Shown here piece by piece: positions 40,623 through 52,069 of a stretch of DNA of 64,000 nucleotides. The stretch spans positions 783,221-847,220 of the forward strand of contig RDEW01000013.1 in assembly GCA_011109175.1 (NCBI GenBank). The letters are read 5' to 3'. A program made the translations under genes and the position numbers. Numbering within the stretch: the stretch's first letter is position 1; every line of letters begins with the position of its first letter. The notes beneath the pieces were generated by a model that was not told where the DNA came from, ran no database searches, and saw nothing but the letters and a program-made list of their open reading frames with translations. The stretch comes from Dicyema japonicum (Eukaryota > Animalia > Dicyemida).

Positions 40623-41899
40623 ATGATTCTATTTTTCATCTTTTTATTCCATGAATCTGTCAAATGTAAGAAATCCGAAACTTTGAGATATCTTAACACT
40701 GTAACCAATGAATATAATTTGTAGATATACAGACATGGAGCTCGAAGTCCTGTAATCGGTTGGGACTTGTTTCCCTCGAATAAAAACATAGGTCACTGGA
40801 AAGAAGGATTTGGACAGCTCACAAACGTTTGTGAACGTATAATCGATAGAATGGAATGGCAATGCACTACGAACTGGGACAGTACATCAGGGAAACATAC
40901 CCTTTTTTGATTCCCTATAATTTATCTGACATAAAAATCGTATCCTCCGACAAGGAGCGAACCATCATGAGTGCACTGGCTAACCTGGCTGGTTTATACC
41001 CCCCAACCGGGGACGAGGTGTGGAACCCTGCTCTCAACTGGAGGCCCGTCCCTGTTCATACTATCCCCAAACACAAGGATAAGGTTCGGTTGTTGCATTG
41101 TGATGGCAGACCATCAATATGGACTATCCATGCCCCGCCTATGAAAAACTCTTAGAAAAATTTCAACCAATAGTAGATTTGGTGGACCAAGAGAATAGAG
41201 TAAGGCTATAGTCACGTGCAGGATTTTATATCGATGGTCTCCAAATTAGCTGGATATTCATACCTCCCATTTCCTGACTTTATAAACATTTTGAGCAACA
41301 TTGAATGTGATGTTTATTTTTTCCGTAATTTTGAAGAAAGCGGAAAATCTTACAATGCCCGCGTGGCTTGACGACTCAATTCTGGGGAAATTGACGGAAC
41401 TGGCTTCTCTGAAGCATGTGATGTTTGAGAATAACATCGATCTGAAGCGATTCCGTGGAGGTTTGGGGTTTATACTACGGAAGGGCTTCTGTTGAAGGAA
41501 ATCATTGACTCCATGAAGGATAAGCGAGCCAACAAACCAGGGATTTACCAGAAGGCCATTATTTATTCAGCAGTTTGACTAATGTTGGCAATTTAGCACG
41601 ATTGGACCATCATGTCTCTTTTGGGAGCAATGGGAGTATTTAACGGAACTCTGCCCGAGTTTGCTTCATGTGTTTTCTTTGAACTCCACGAAATTCAGAG
41701 CACGTGGTATGTACGAATTGTCTACAGAAGGACAAGGGAAAACATCAGTGTTCTACAAATTCCAGGTATCCTCCCAATGATATATCAAGGCTGTGGAAAA
41801 CTTTGTCAACTCGACAGATTCGAGGCACTTCTTTACGACGCATTCCCCGATGATCTCGAAAATGAATGCAATTTCGGGCTGTCTACAGTCAATAATTGA
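40623..41899 (+). CDS. Histidine acid phosphatase (lysosomal/prostatic type), multi-exon, likely signal peptide
   Basis: Spliced reading gives MILFFIFLF, RHGARSP, GFGQLT, RTIMSALANLAGLYPP, WRPVPVHT, YSAHD, FASCVFFELH. About 8 introns of 22-26 nt. Confidence 0.93.
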
Positions 41900-42469
41900 T
41901 TTACTAATATTTGGCCTTTGAGTTAAAGATTCCTTTATTCGTTAATGGAAAGGTGGGTCAAATAAAAAAATGATAAGAAATCAATGTGGTCGTAAAAATT
42001 ACTGAATTTGATAAAACAACATTTTTGTAATTCCTACGCCATGTGGTGCTATGTGGCAAGTTGGTGATGAATTCTTTTCTTTTTTCCGATGGCGTCATTG
42101 GATCCACCTTACTGAGAAGACGCCCAATGCCTGGGCTGCATCAAGGCGATCCAATTATTTTTCCAATGTCGCTACCTGGAAACAAGTTCTGGAATTGCTG
42201 GAACGATAAGGATCATGGAGTTTGTTAAGTTATCACAAAATTTCAAAAATCACAAATTACCGCAATTATTTAAATTTAACTCAAGCTATTTAAGATTTCT
42301 ATTTTTTGTGAATAAATAATATTATGGGACTGCACTTGTGTGGATTCTTTCTTGAAAACGATGGTTTTCAGCTCGGCGCAGTCTGCTGAATCGGCAGATT
42401 AAAAATATGGTAAAATTGGAGATCGCTTTCGTTTTGTACCATGGCAATCGAAAATTAAATAGCTCCTTC

Positions 42470-42615
42470 CAGACAAGGCACACACTTTATTTATGTAAAG
42501 AACAGTCATAAGTACGGTTTATATGTAAGAACGGTCTCCCTCGTCAAGCCAAAGCATCGTAGATGAATGGAGTCTTCAGTCGGAATGTACAGCAGCGAGA
42601 TTCCAACTAGGAGGC
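42470..42615 (-). mobile_element. Degraded copy of the tRNA-derived SINE; CRE-like scraps adjacent at about 42040-42455
   Basis: The reverse complement has ATCTCGCTGCTG, CATCTACGATGC, TTGACGAG and AAATAAAGTGTGTG. Confidence 0.75.
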
Positions 42616-44299
42616 CTTTCGGCCCTCGTTACACTGAATAAATTATTTTTTTAAATAACTAAAGAAGGCAAAGAAATTTTTGAAATAATTAAAAATATAA
42701 TTAAATTATTCCAAAGACCAATGGTAAAACCAAAATAATTCCTTTATCCTGTCGCGTACCAACAGAACCTTCACACAAGAACAGTGATCCAAAGGATGTT
42801 GTCTGGGGAACTTGGGTCGATTCCAGAACTCGTAGCCAGGAAACGAAATTGTCTCCCAGTGGAATGAATAGATGGATTATTATGAATGCCGTCCAGGCAT
42901 TGGCCATCTCCTGAGTAAGCTTCTCTGTCCGTTGAGGAAGTTTTGAAGCTAAATTTTCAAATTGTTTGGAATTTTAGATCCATAAATCTTCCTAGTGAGA
43001 ATCGGGTCAAATGTTTTCTGTATGTCAATGGAACACATAAGGATCTTTTTATGCCGAGGTTTGCATTGTAGGCCCTCTTTAATGAATTTCGTCAATCAAG
43101 TAAGGTGAGTAGTTGTGAGCCTTCTTAAAAACACGTTGAAAGGATACGTCCGGGAAGTAAGGTTTAATTTATCGAGAATGAGTTTTTCCATAATTTTTTG
43201 AAGAGGCAAACAGAGAAGAAGCGGATAAGTCCTTCGGCCGTCCAGGTTTTAAGATTGGTCATATATCGGATAATTTCCATAGGGTAGGGATGGAGTTTCC
43301 TGCTGATGGAGAAAGATCGAAAAATCGGGTTAGGACATATAGCGTAAAGGCACATCTTCTTCAATTCTATTGTAGAGATACCATCTGGATCGCTTAAGTA
43401 GGACGATTTTTGGATTTGAATCGCCTTACGCACGACATGCATAGAAAGATTATTTATGGTTACGTCAAGTTTTGGTTGGATGAAAGAAATAAAAGTCCAA
43501 TTTTCTGGTGAAAGATAAAGCTCAAGGAAGAATAAACCTTTATTAAACAAGTTCATTTCTCTTGTCTTTGCAAAAAAGCGGTCTCATAGAGCTGATGAAG
43601 CCTCGAAGAGCATTCCATATCCTTCTGCGGGAGGAATGATAGTTTAGGGTGAAATGAAGGTCATACCAAACCCTCCCCTGTTTCATCTTGGCCTTGTTTC
43701 TGGTCTCTCTCAAGACTCGAATACTCACCCTGGTTTCCCAAGATTGAATCTGTGGCTTTTATAGCAATTTCTTCCTTCGTAAATGAATCAAATGGCGGAA
43801 AGGTATCTTCGTTAAATGGATCGGCTTTTTTTGATAAAAGTCCTCATACCCTCTCGCACTACACCATTGAAGTAGTGCAATGGTTGCCGAAGAAGTTGAA
43901 GTTGTTAGGGTCAAACCATACAATTAGGAGTCGACGAAGTATGAAAACAATCTCCAGTCGACGTTTTGTAGTCTGACAGTATCACTTTCGCAACTTTGAA
44001 ATAATGAATATGGGCTTATGGTGACTGGCACACTTACCAATAGTTAAAGAGGTAATTTTTGGGGAAGCAAGCTGTCATTTGCTCTGTAAGGAGAGGTTGT
44101 ATTGAATATAGGGTTATTTAATATCACAAGATTATTCAACTTCGGTAGTAAGTGGATCTGGAATCTTCTGGCTGGTTTATGAACCTCATCGGATGCTACG
44201 CGTTCAGGTTTCATAGCAAAATGTTATTGGTATAGTCGATATCTGGTAGTGAGGAACTGAATCCTTTGGGGCAGGAACTGGGAGAGGGTACATACATGT

Positions 44300-44560
44300 T
44301 CAATACAGTGAGGTATCAAATGTTTGTTGAAATTGTGGTGTATTCAACTGGAAAGGGTAGAGGGTGTGTACTCTATCCGTATAATGGATTTCCTTGATAA
44401 GTGTAATGACTCCACCACCGCAGCCAGAAGGGCGGTCATGTCGAATAATGTCGTAGCCTGGGAATGCTGGGGTGGGTGTGGAAGAAGACAGTCCTGTTTC
44501 TTGAAGTAAGTGAATGTCTGTGTCCTGTTTTTGGAAGGTCCCTGAGCTCAAGGACCTTCC
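44300..44560 (-). mobile_element. LINE APE-endonuclease N-terminal fragment
   Basis: DIHLLQET....FPGYDIIRHDR..GGGVITLIK. Confidence 0.8.
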
Positions 44561-47029
44561 TTCTTATTCCGTTTATGTTGTAAAAAAAGGACAAGGGCTT
44601 TTGAAAGCCTGAGATTTGGATTTACATCGCCGGAGAGCATTAGTCGGGCGTCGATCAAGTTGGATGAGGTAAACAAGTAAGGCGGCCGTTTAGAAAAGAC
44701 AATCTTCTTGCATTGGAAAGAATAAAGGGCTCTTTTTGTTTGTGAAGTAGATTTCAAAACTTGCGCCAACAGAAGCAGCGAACCAAATGACGCGTGCTCT
44801 CTATTTATTTATATCCCCGGATACACCGAGAAAGATGTTAAAGTAAACAACTAATTAAATGTATACAGTCTCCACTTCTACAAAAACAGAGTCCATCCGG
44901 AATCAACATAACGGGTAAATACGTCCATAGTTTCAGTTGTGGAAACCCCTCCAGTGGAGTGGGGGAGAGCAAATGATCCTATTTCGTGGCGGCCTGGCAC
45001 TGGGCGCCACTCTAGTAGGAAGAGAGAGGAGGAACAGACGAACAAAAACTCTCTGTTTGTAACTACTATATCCGTAAAATGATTAAAAAATAAAGGTTTT
45101 GTTTAGTTGATGACCACACTTTCATGCAACAAAATCAATATGTGATAATTTTTAGTTAAAAATTAAATTTAATATTTAATAAATATTTGAATTTTTAATT
45201 TACGAATATACTTTGTTGTGAGTACTATTCATGCGGAAAACAATTAATCTTTTTATTTTAGTCACGCGCAAATTAAATTAGGAATAATATACCCTTCATT
45301 GACGTTAGTTGACGGACCTCAGAACTTTTGGACTCAGACGATACCATGGTGCGGATGACCATCAAAATGGAGCTGTACTCGTCTTTTTGGATCAACTTGA
45401 TTAATCTATATATTCCACCACAAGACCAATAATTTCCTTCCCCAATCGGCTCTCTGCAAGGATCAAAGAAGGCATTTCCATTCGACAGTGAGAACAATGG
45501 AGACGCACAGGCTTATGCGAGAACTAGGATCACCTATCTAGTTGACTTTACTTTTGTCTTTCTTTCTCAGTGATCCCGGGGTTAATAAATAAATTAATTT
45601 TTTAGTTTAGAGAATTCTCTTGTTATAATTTTTCCTTACATACTTCATATTGAGTTCACGAGGAGTATGGATATCATCTGACAGCCGCCGGATTTGCATT
45701 TACTATAAAGGTTTTCATATCTTCACAGGCCAGTTGGTCCTGATTACCGATCTGAGCTAATTAGTTGGATATTTCTGCTTGTTTTGTCTGCTTCTGCTTT
45801 TCCCTTTTTCTAATAGAGTTGTGTCATGTGATCCATTTGTCTCAGGTGGAGCCTAGTTCCAGGCTGCCACGAAAAAGGATCATTTGCTCTCCCCCACTCC
45901 ACTTGAGGGGTTTCCACACCTGCAAGGAATGTACGTCTTTTACCTTTATGTTGGTTCCAGATGGACTCGTGTGACGTTGAGGGACTCTTTCTGTAACAGT
46001 GGAAACTCGATACACTGTTACTTCTTTCTCGGTGGGGGTTAATAATAATAATGTCGCATGAGTGGCCAGACTATTTCCTTGCTTAGAAACATGGCTTGGG
46101 TCCGAGGATGATGTGGCCGACTTTTTCTGAGAGTTAGTGTCACACACGTGGCAACCTAAACCAAGTTTCGATTATTATCGAGCGGGAAAGTAGTCATTTG
46201 ACATCCCTACGGGGGAGACCAGTAAAAAGAGTAGTATCCAGCTGATGGAAGTGCATTTTTGGAAAATGAGACAAGCATGCTGAAGGGAGACGGCCCGCAC
46301 TCAACTTGAACGAAGATGATGACCATAAGGATCAATCCGACATTTTCTTTCTGCTCACTTTAAGGTCAAGAGGTAGTGATCATCAAGCGGGTTACCAATT
46401 CAGTACATGGATAAGGAACTGGTCGTTTTGAATCAAAAAGTTTTCTTTCATCCACCGTGCTCATCAAGAACACATCTTAAATGCGATTTCTGATTAGTGT
46501 GCCCTCATAAAGAGATAATTCCTTCCATAGCTCCCGATGGTAAGAGATACGTTTAGTCCCGAATAAGAATTAAGGAGTATCCACCAAATTCTTCACTGAA
46601 CTGAAAACGGACGAATATGCACTCAATACGGTGTCTGAAGGTATGGTGAGACCCATCCACCAAAACCTGAAGCTATCCTCAATCCTTGAAATGTTTATTT
46701 AAAATCACTACAGAGATTGACATTATTTAACCGCCAAGAGATATATAAGATCTTCTTCATAACAAGGGGAACTTTTGAAGTTGAAATGGAATTTTGGAGC
46801 AAAAAACAGTTTTGTTCATAAAACTTCAACATGGCTGTCAAGATATTTCAAGGATACACAAATCACGCATATCCACTTCAAACGTTGGGTTACATCCTGT
46901 TTTGGAAAGTTCAAGCACAATACTTCGATGAGTTACCAATGATGAAGGAAACATTATTTTGGAGGTTCAAATCTAAAATCGGAAAGGGGGTACTTACGTC
47001 CCATTTTGGTAATAAAATTGTCACTAAAT

Positions 47030-47290
47030 AGTAGACACACTGTACTCCGCGGAAAAACAATGATGGCAGGAAAGAAATACGAAGCGCTACGCGACCGATT
47101 CGCGTTTTATCCGATAGTGGTCGAGACAACTGGAGGAATAAGTGGAAAATCGCTTCGCTTCCTAAAGAAACTTGGACGCTTAGCTACACTAAAAAGCCAC
47201 GACGCACGTGAGACCCGGTGGCTACTCCAGTTGATCTCTGTTGCAATAGTGAGAGGCAACGCAACGTCGATAATGTCGGCGGGTCCACTT
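47030..47290 (+). mobile_element. CRE-like 3' fragment (same subfamily as 62045-62465); more scraps at about 47760-48170 (+), 48450-48575 (-) and 48985-49185 (-)
   Basis: KKYEALRDRFAFYPIVVETTGG...RETRWLLQLISVAIVRGNA. Confidence 0.85.
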
Positions 47291-49498
47291 TGGATGGATG
47301 GCAGTTTTAAATATGATTTACTGGGGATAAATTAACTGATTTTTTATTTTAAATTTTATTGGTTTAATAAAAAAAAAAAAAAAACTAAATAGATTATGGT
47401 TATTTACCATAAAGAAATCTAACGACAAGAGAAGAGGACACTGTGAGTGGTGTACTTTGATGACTAGTCTTGTGGTGGTATAAAGGAACCAATTGTCAGA
47501 TTGTATTTATATTATCTTGTAAAGCCGTATGGTGATCAGAATGGAAGCGTCCCAATTGGACACGAAAAGGAAGCTTTACTTCCATCAATGTCGGCAGTAA
47601 ACGTCTCTGGAGTTTGTTAATACCAAGGTTTTGATGATGTTGGAAGAAACCCAGTATATTTGAGGATTTAATGAGTGACTTTAGTTTTATAAAATCTGAA
47701 ATGTGATTTTTGTAGACTTATGATCCTCCTTGTCTTTTTAATGACGATTTTGAGTTTCTATGATCCGTTTAATGAAGATTTTGAAATGGGATATCACTCC
47801 GTCTCGAGATTGACTTGTGCCAGCCTCATCCATGCCGTTGTGGACTGCAAAGGACTTCACCCGCTCTCTTACCGTCTCAGGCAGACCGTCATCTACGACC
47901 GGTCCACGAGGCATACCGTCATCTACGGGTTGTGAAGCGCTCTCTTGAAACGGCTAGATTCCCGTCATCTCTATAACCGACGAGTCTGGATCGTAGAGAT
48001 GGAGGGGGAAACTGTCTTCCCCATCTCTCGGGAAATGCTTGATTTGGGATGGGGTCTGTATCGACACCTTTTCCCAGTCGAGATGCGAACAATTTATTAC
48101 GGAAAAAAGTGAGCAAAAGAGGCCGCCCTGACTGCGTGGCTATTCCCTCTCAGGATATCGAGAGATTTGCTTAATCAAATTAATTTATACTCTTTTTGTG
48201 AAAGTTGCCTTGCTCTTTGGAATAATTTAAAGTTAATTTATGACCTCTTCCAATAGAGATCACCCCCACATCTAGCTATAGATAACGGTTCAGGATGCCA
48301 GTCCCCGTCTGTTCCGACCTCACCCTTGTCGGCCTGGGATCAATTAGTTAACTGGGACATTATTTCTCTTCCAATCCAGTGGTCCTGAAAACATTTTTAT
48401 TGTTAAATAAAGTTATGACAGATCTCAATTATGGCCAGCAGGCATTAAGCACTAAATGGTTGATACCTTTCATAATCGCGAGCCCAGTGTTCTGGAAAAG
48501 CCATCGCTTCATTCTAGGTTTGTCCTTCCGCTTCCTATTAAGGCGTCCGAGATAAAGATAAAAATTGTCTAGCAAAAAGTAAATGGTAACACAAATTTAT
48601 TTTTTTTGTATTAAATTTTGATTGAAATATATTATTTTATTAAATAAATAAATTTCGTTTTTGTGGAGAACATATCTACAAATAGATCTTTTCAGGAGAT
48701 CAACAAGGACAACAATTTGCGATTGAAGCTCACATCACAGTATACTGAGTAAGTCTTTTGGAGAGGACATACCTGCAGATAATGCTTACTCCCATATATT
48801 ACACTTCCATCAACAGGACTCTCATCTACTCTACATCAACATCGTATATGACAGGAATTCCCCACACTTACTAAATCACCCACGTGGGCTATTATTTTTA
48901 GAGCCTCTATAATTCCAAATAACCAAACCCGTTACAAATAATCACATTTTCCTCGATTATGTTGCAGTTACCGATCACAGCCATTATTTTTCTGCGAGGG
49001 TGGGTTTCACGATGTCACGTGGCCAGACACCCTAGCCTCTTGAGAAAGACAAAGACTTTTTTCTTATCGGTTCATTTATCTTGACCGAAATCACGTTAAA
49101 CATGAACAAGTCAAAGAGCTCTTGGTACCTCTTCCTTATCCGCCCTTACGGCACTTCCGATGATGTTGGTAGGAGATAATGATTCGATATAAATGACGAG
49201 GGAATTAAATTTGAAAATTAAATTAACAATTATTATGACAATGTCTCCATTAAGTGCGCATTATTAAATTAACTACCTTTAATTAAATTTCTCCATCCAA
49301 TGGACTACCAGGTACTCCACTAGAAGTTACATGATGCTAGTAGAGAGGAAGTCCTTTCAATTTTTAGACACGACTTCGTAAATTTATAGGAATGAATCGA
49401 GACAGAGCACCAACTCAACCAAAATTTAAATTAAATACATAATTAAATTAAAAAATAAATAATTAAATACAATTATTAAAAAATCACCAAAATAAGAT

Positions 49499-50063
49499 TT
49501 ACTCAAATGACAGCACAACATCCTTAAACTCGGGTGTTTTCACAAACTTACTAAACATAAAATAAATAAAGACTGAAATGGCACATTAGCCATCGAAAGC
49601 AGTTTAATGGAGGCTACGAATGACTCCTCAGACCTCATTTTAAGGTAAATGACCTCAGATATCCCACTCTGAATGATCAATTTGGCGCATTCATTGCATG
49701 GGAACATTGTCGTGTACAGTGTAAGGTGAGAATTGTCCATGGAGTTTCTGTTTAAAATAGCGTTCATTTCCGCGTGGCAAACTATCTGTGAGTACTTTTA
49801 ACCACCATATGGATATTTAGAGTTTATCCAGTCATTGGAGTTGCTATTCCAAGGTAGAAGGTCGTCAGAGCACCCAGTCGGCATTCCGTTGTACCCAATT
49901 CCTACAATTTTATTATTTTTGTTGACAATGCAAGCCCCAACCTTGAAAAATAATTTATTATTTACCTGAGTTTTGGGGTCTTTACTTCTTTTGGAAGAGA
50001 GGAGCGCCACAGACATAAAATACTGATCCATGATAAATAATTCTCACGCTTTTCGCTTTTCAT
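49499..50063 (-). CDS. DCTD: dCMP deaminase, four exons
   Basis: [57 protein letters not shown]. Three introns of 23-24 nt. One missing base at TGG(G)AT near 50030. Confidence 0.95.
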
Positions 50064-50459
50064 TTGTAGTTTTAACAATTTAAAATATTATTTATATTAT
50101 TATTATAATATTTAATAAATATTATATTTAATAAATTTTAATATGGTTTTTCCGATTTTTGATTAACATTTTTTTTAAATTGCAAGTCTTCGCTCAACAA
50201 TGTGAGATCAACATTCCTGAATAGGATTCTCATTTTTTCGTTCCGACAAAATTTTATTTGCACATTTATGGTGATTAAGCCGGGTGGCTTAGTGGTTAGG
50301 TGTCGGGCTTAAGTGGCTTAGGCTACGGGTTCGAATCTCGCTGCTGTTCACCTGGTGGAAGGTTCCACGCATCTACGATGCAGAAATGGTTTGACGAGTG
50401 ACGCCGTCATCAGTGAATACTCACTGCGGAACTGGATTTGTCTATACCATTTCAGGTTT

Positions 50460-50664
50460 AAAGTGGGTCTTACCAAAAGCAAAGTGGGTCTTACCAAAAG
50501 CAAAGTGGGTCTTACCAAAAGCAAAGTGGTACTTACCAAAAGTGGTACTTACCAAAAGCAAAGTGGGTCTTACCAAAAGCAAAGTGGTTCTTACCAAAAG
50601 CAAAGTGGGTCTTACCAAAAGCAAAGTGGAACTTACCAAAATCAAAGTGGAACAAAAATTATTT
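50460..50664 (+). repeat. Tandem 21-bp array AAAGTGGGTCTTACCAAAAGC in the left TIR (about 9 units; about 6 inverted units at 52068-52213)
   Basis: Read directly from the sequence. Confidence 0.97.
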
Positions 50665-50690
50665 TTTTGTTATAGGATGAAGATTAATTT

Positions 50691-50968
50691 CAATTGCAAA
50701 AGTTTCGAGATCAATTGCAAAAGTGACGAGATCATTCGCAAAAGTGACCAAAGCAACATGCAAAAGTGTACGAGATCATTTGCAAAAGTGACAAAGCAAC
50801 ATGCAAAAGTGTCGAGATCAATTGCAAAAGTGACGAGATCATTTGCAAAAGTGACAAAGCAACATGCAAAAGTGTCGAGATCAATTGCAAAAGTGACGAG
50901 ATCATTTGCAAAAGTGACAAAGCAACATGCAAAAGTGTCGAGATCAATTGCAAAAGTGACTAAGCAAA
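50691..50968 (+). repeat. Second 21-bp tandem array (TGCAAAAGTG core, about 13 units, 63-bp higher-order repeat) upstream of the transposase
   Basis: Read directly from the sequence; followed by TATATA at about 50973. Confidence 0.95.
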
Positions 50969-51016
50969 AACCTATATATTTGCATGTCTGCGCAAATATT
51001 TCATTTTTTTATTCAT

Positions 51017-52069
51017 ATGCCTGCTCAAATAAAAAAGTCTGAAGCTGAAATTAAGAAAAATCTTATTATCGGGGCTTATGAGGGAGATGGTGACTGGAGG
51101 GAACTTGCAAAATCTCTCGATGTTCCGAAAACTACTACTTATCGTTGGTTGAAAAACAAAAACAAACCTGATCAGCGAGGGGGATCAAAAGCAAAAAAAT
51201 TTCTTGATAAACATAAAGATTATTGTGTTGAACAGCTCGAAATTAACCCTAGGATTACTCTTGAGACCTTGAGAATTCTTTTAAATTCTAATTTCAGCTT
51301 AAATGTTTCAAAAGAAACCATTCGAGTCCACTTGGACGGTGCCTGTTATTCTTTGAAAGATATCAGGTATGAACCAGAGAAAGGCAATAGTGAATTAAAT
51401 AAAGAAAAAAGAAAAAAATTTATAACTTCATTATTGGAATATCAATCGGAGGAAATTCCAATATTATTTATGGATGAAACAAATATAAACATGCACATAT
51501 CCCGTAAAAAGGGTCGATCAAAAAAAGGAACAAGGGCTAATGTCGTTGCAACAAGTTCGCGAGGTGCCAATGTACATTTCATTGGTTGCATCGGGTCCCT
51601 TGGATTGTTGCATTATGAATTCAAACGTGGATCCTTTAATAAAGAATCCGCCCATGAATGGGTGAGAATTTGTCTACGAAAAGCCAGGGAAGTTTACAAT
51701 TTTCCAGTAGTGCTAGTAGTAGACAATGCTCCATGCCATTCAGGAATTGAAGAAATTGTCAGAGATAATGAATTCATCGGAAATAAAATTTTAAGATTGG
51801 GTCCCTATAGCCCTATGCTCAACCCAATTGAGAATATTTGGTCAGTTTTCAAAGCTGATGTAAAAAGACACATTGCTACAGATATGAAAAATATTTTGAA
51901 TGGTGTGAGACAAGAAGCTTTGTCAACTACGGAGTTTCGACTTCAAAAGTTAGAAGAAAGTATGATTAATTCATTATGTATAATCACTCCATCTTTATGC
52001 AACACCGTAATTGCTAGAATTCAGAGGTTGGCCCCATCGGTGTTAAATAATGATGACATGGTTTATTAA
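51017..52069 (+). CDS. DD35E transposase (IS630/Tc1-like), intronless and intact; alternative ATG at 50984
   Basis: N-terminal HTH (RELAKSLDVPKTTTYRWL), FMDETN, VVDNAPCH, YSPMLNPIENIWS. There are 35 residues between the second D and the E. The stop codon overlaps the inner end of the right TIR. Confidence 0.95.
   Translation: MPAQIKKSEAEIKKNLIIGAYEGDGDWRELAKSLDVPKTTTYRWLKNKNKPDQRGGSKAKKFLDKHKDYCVEQLEINPRITLETLRILLNSNFSLNVSKETIRVHLDGACYSLKDIRYEPEKGNSELNKEKRKKFITSLLEYQSEEIPILFMDETNINMHISRKKGRSKKGTRANVVATSSRGANVHFIGCIGSLGLLHYEFKRGSFNKESAHEWVRICLRKAREVYNFPVVLVVDNAPCHSGIEEIVRDNEFIGNKILRLGPYSPMLNPIENIWSVFKADVKRHIATDMKNILNGVRQEALSTTEFRLQKLEESMINSLCIITPSLCNTVIARIQRLAPSVLNNDDMVY

Noticed and set aside
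8780-45890. Hammerhead or HDV ribozyme candidates (CTGATGA..GAAA near 8790-8815 on the minus strand and near 36437; hairpin plus GAAA near 44980 and 45870)
   Set aside because: The required stems or the catalytic core could not be completed, and the 44980/45870 pair is better explained as coding sequence.
50460-50968. Regular short repeats resembling a CRISPR array
   Set aside because: The units are head-to-tail with no unique spacers, are mirrored at 52068-52213 as a TIR, and flank a transposase in a eukaryotic context.
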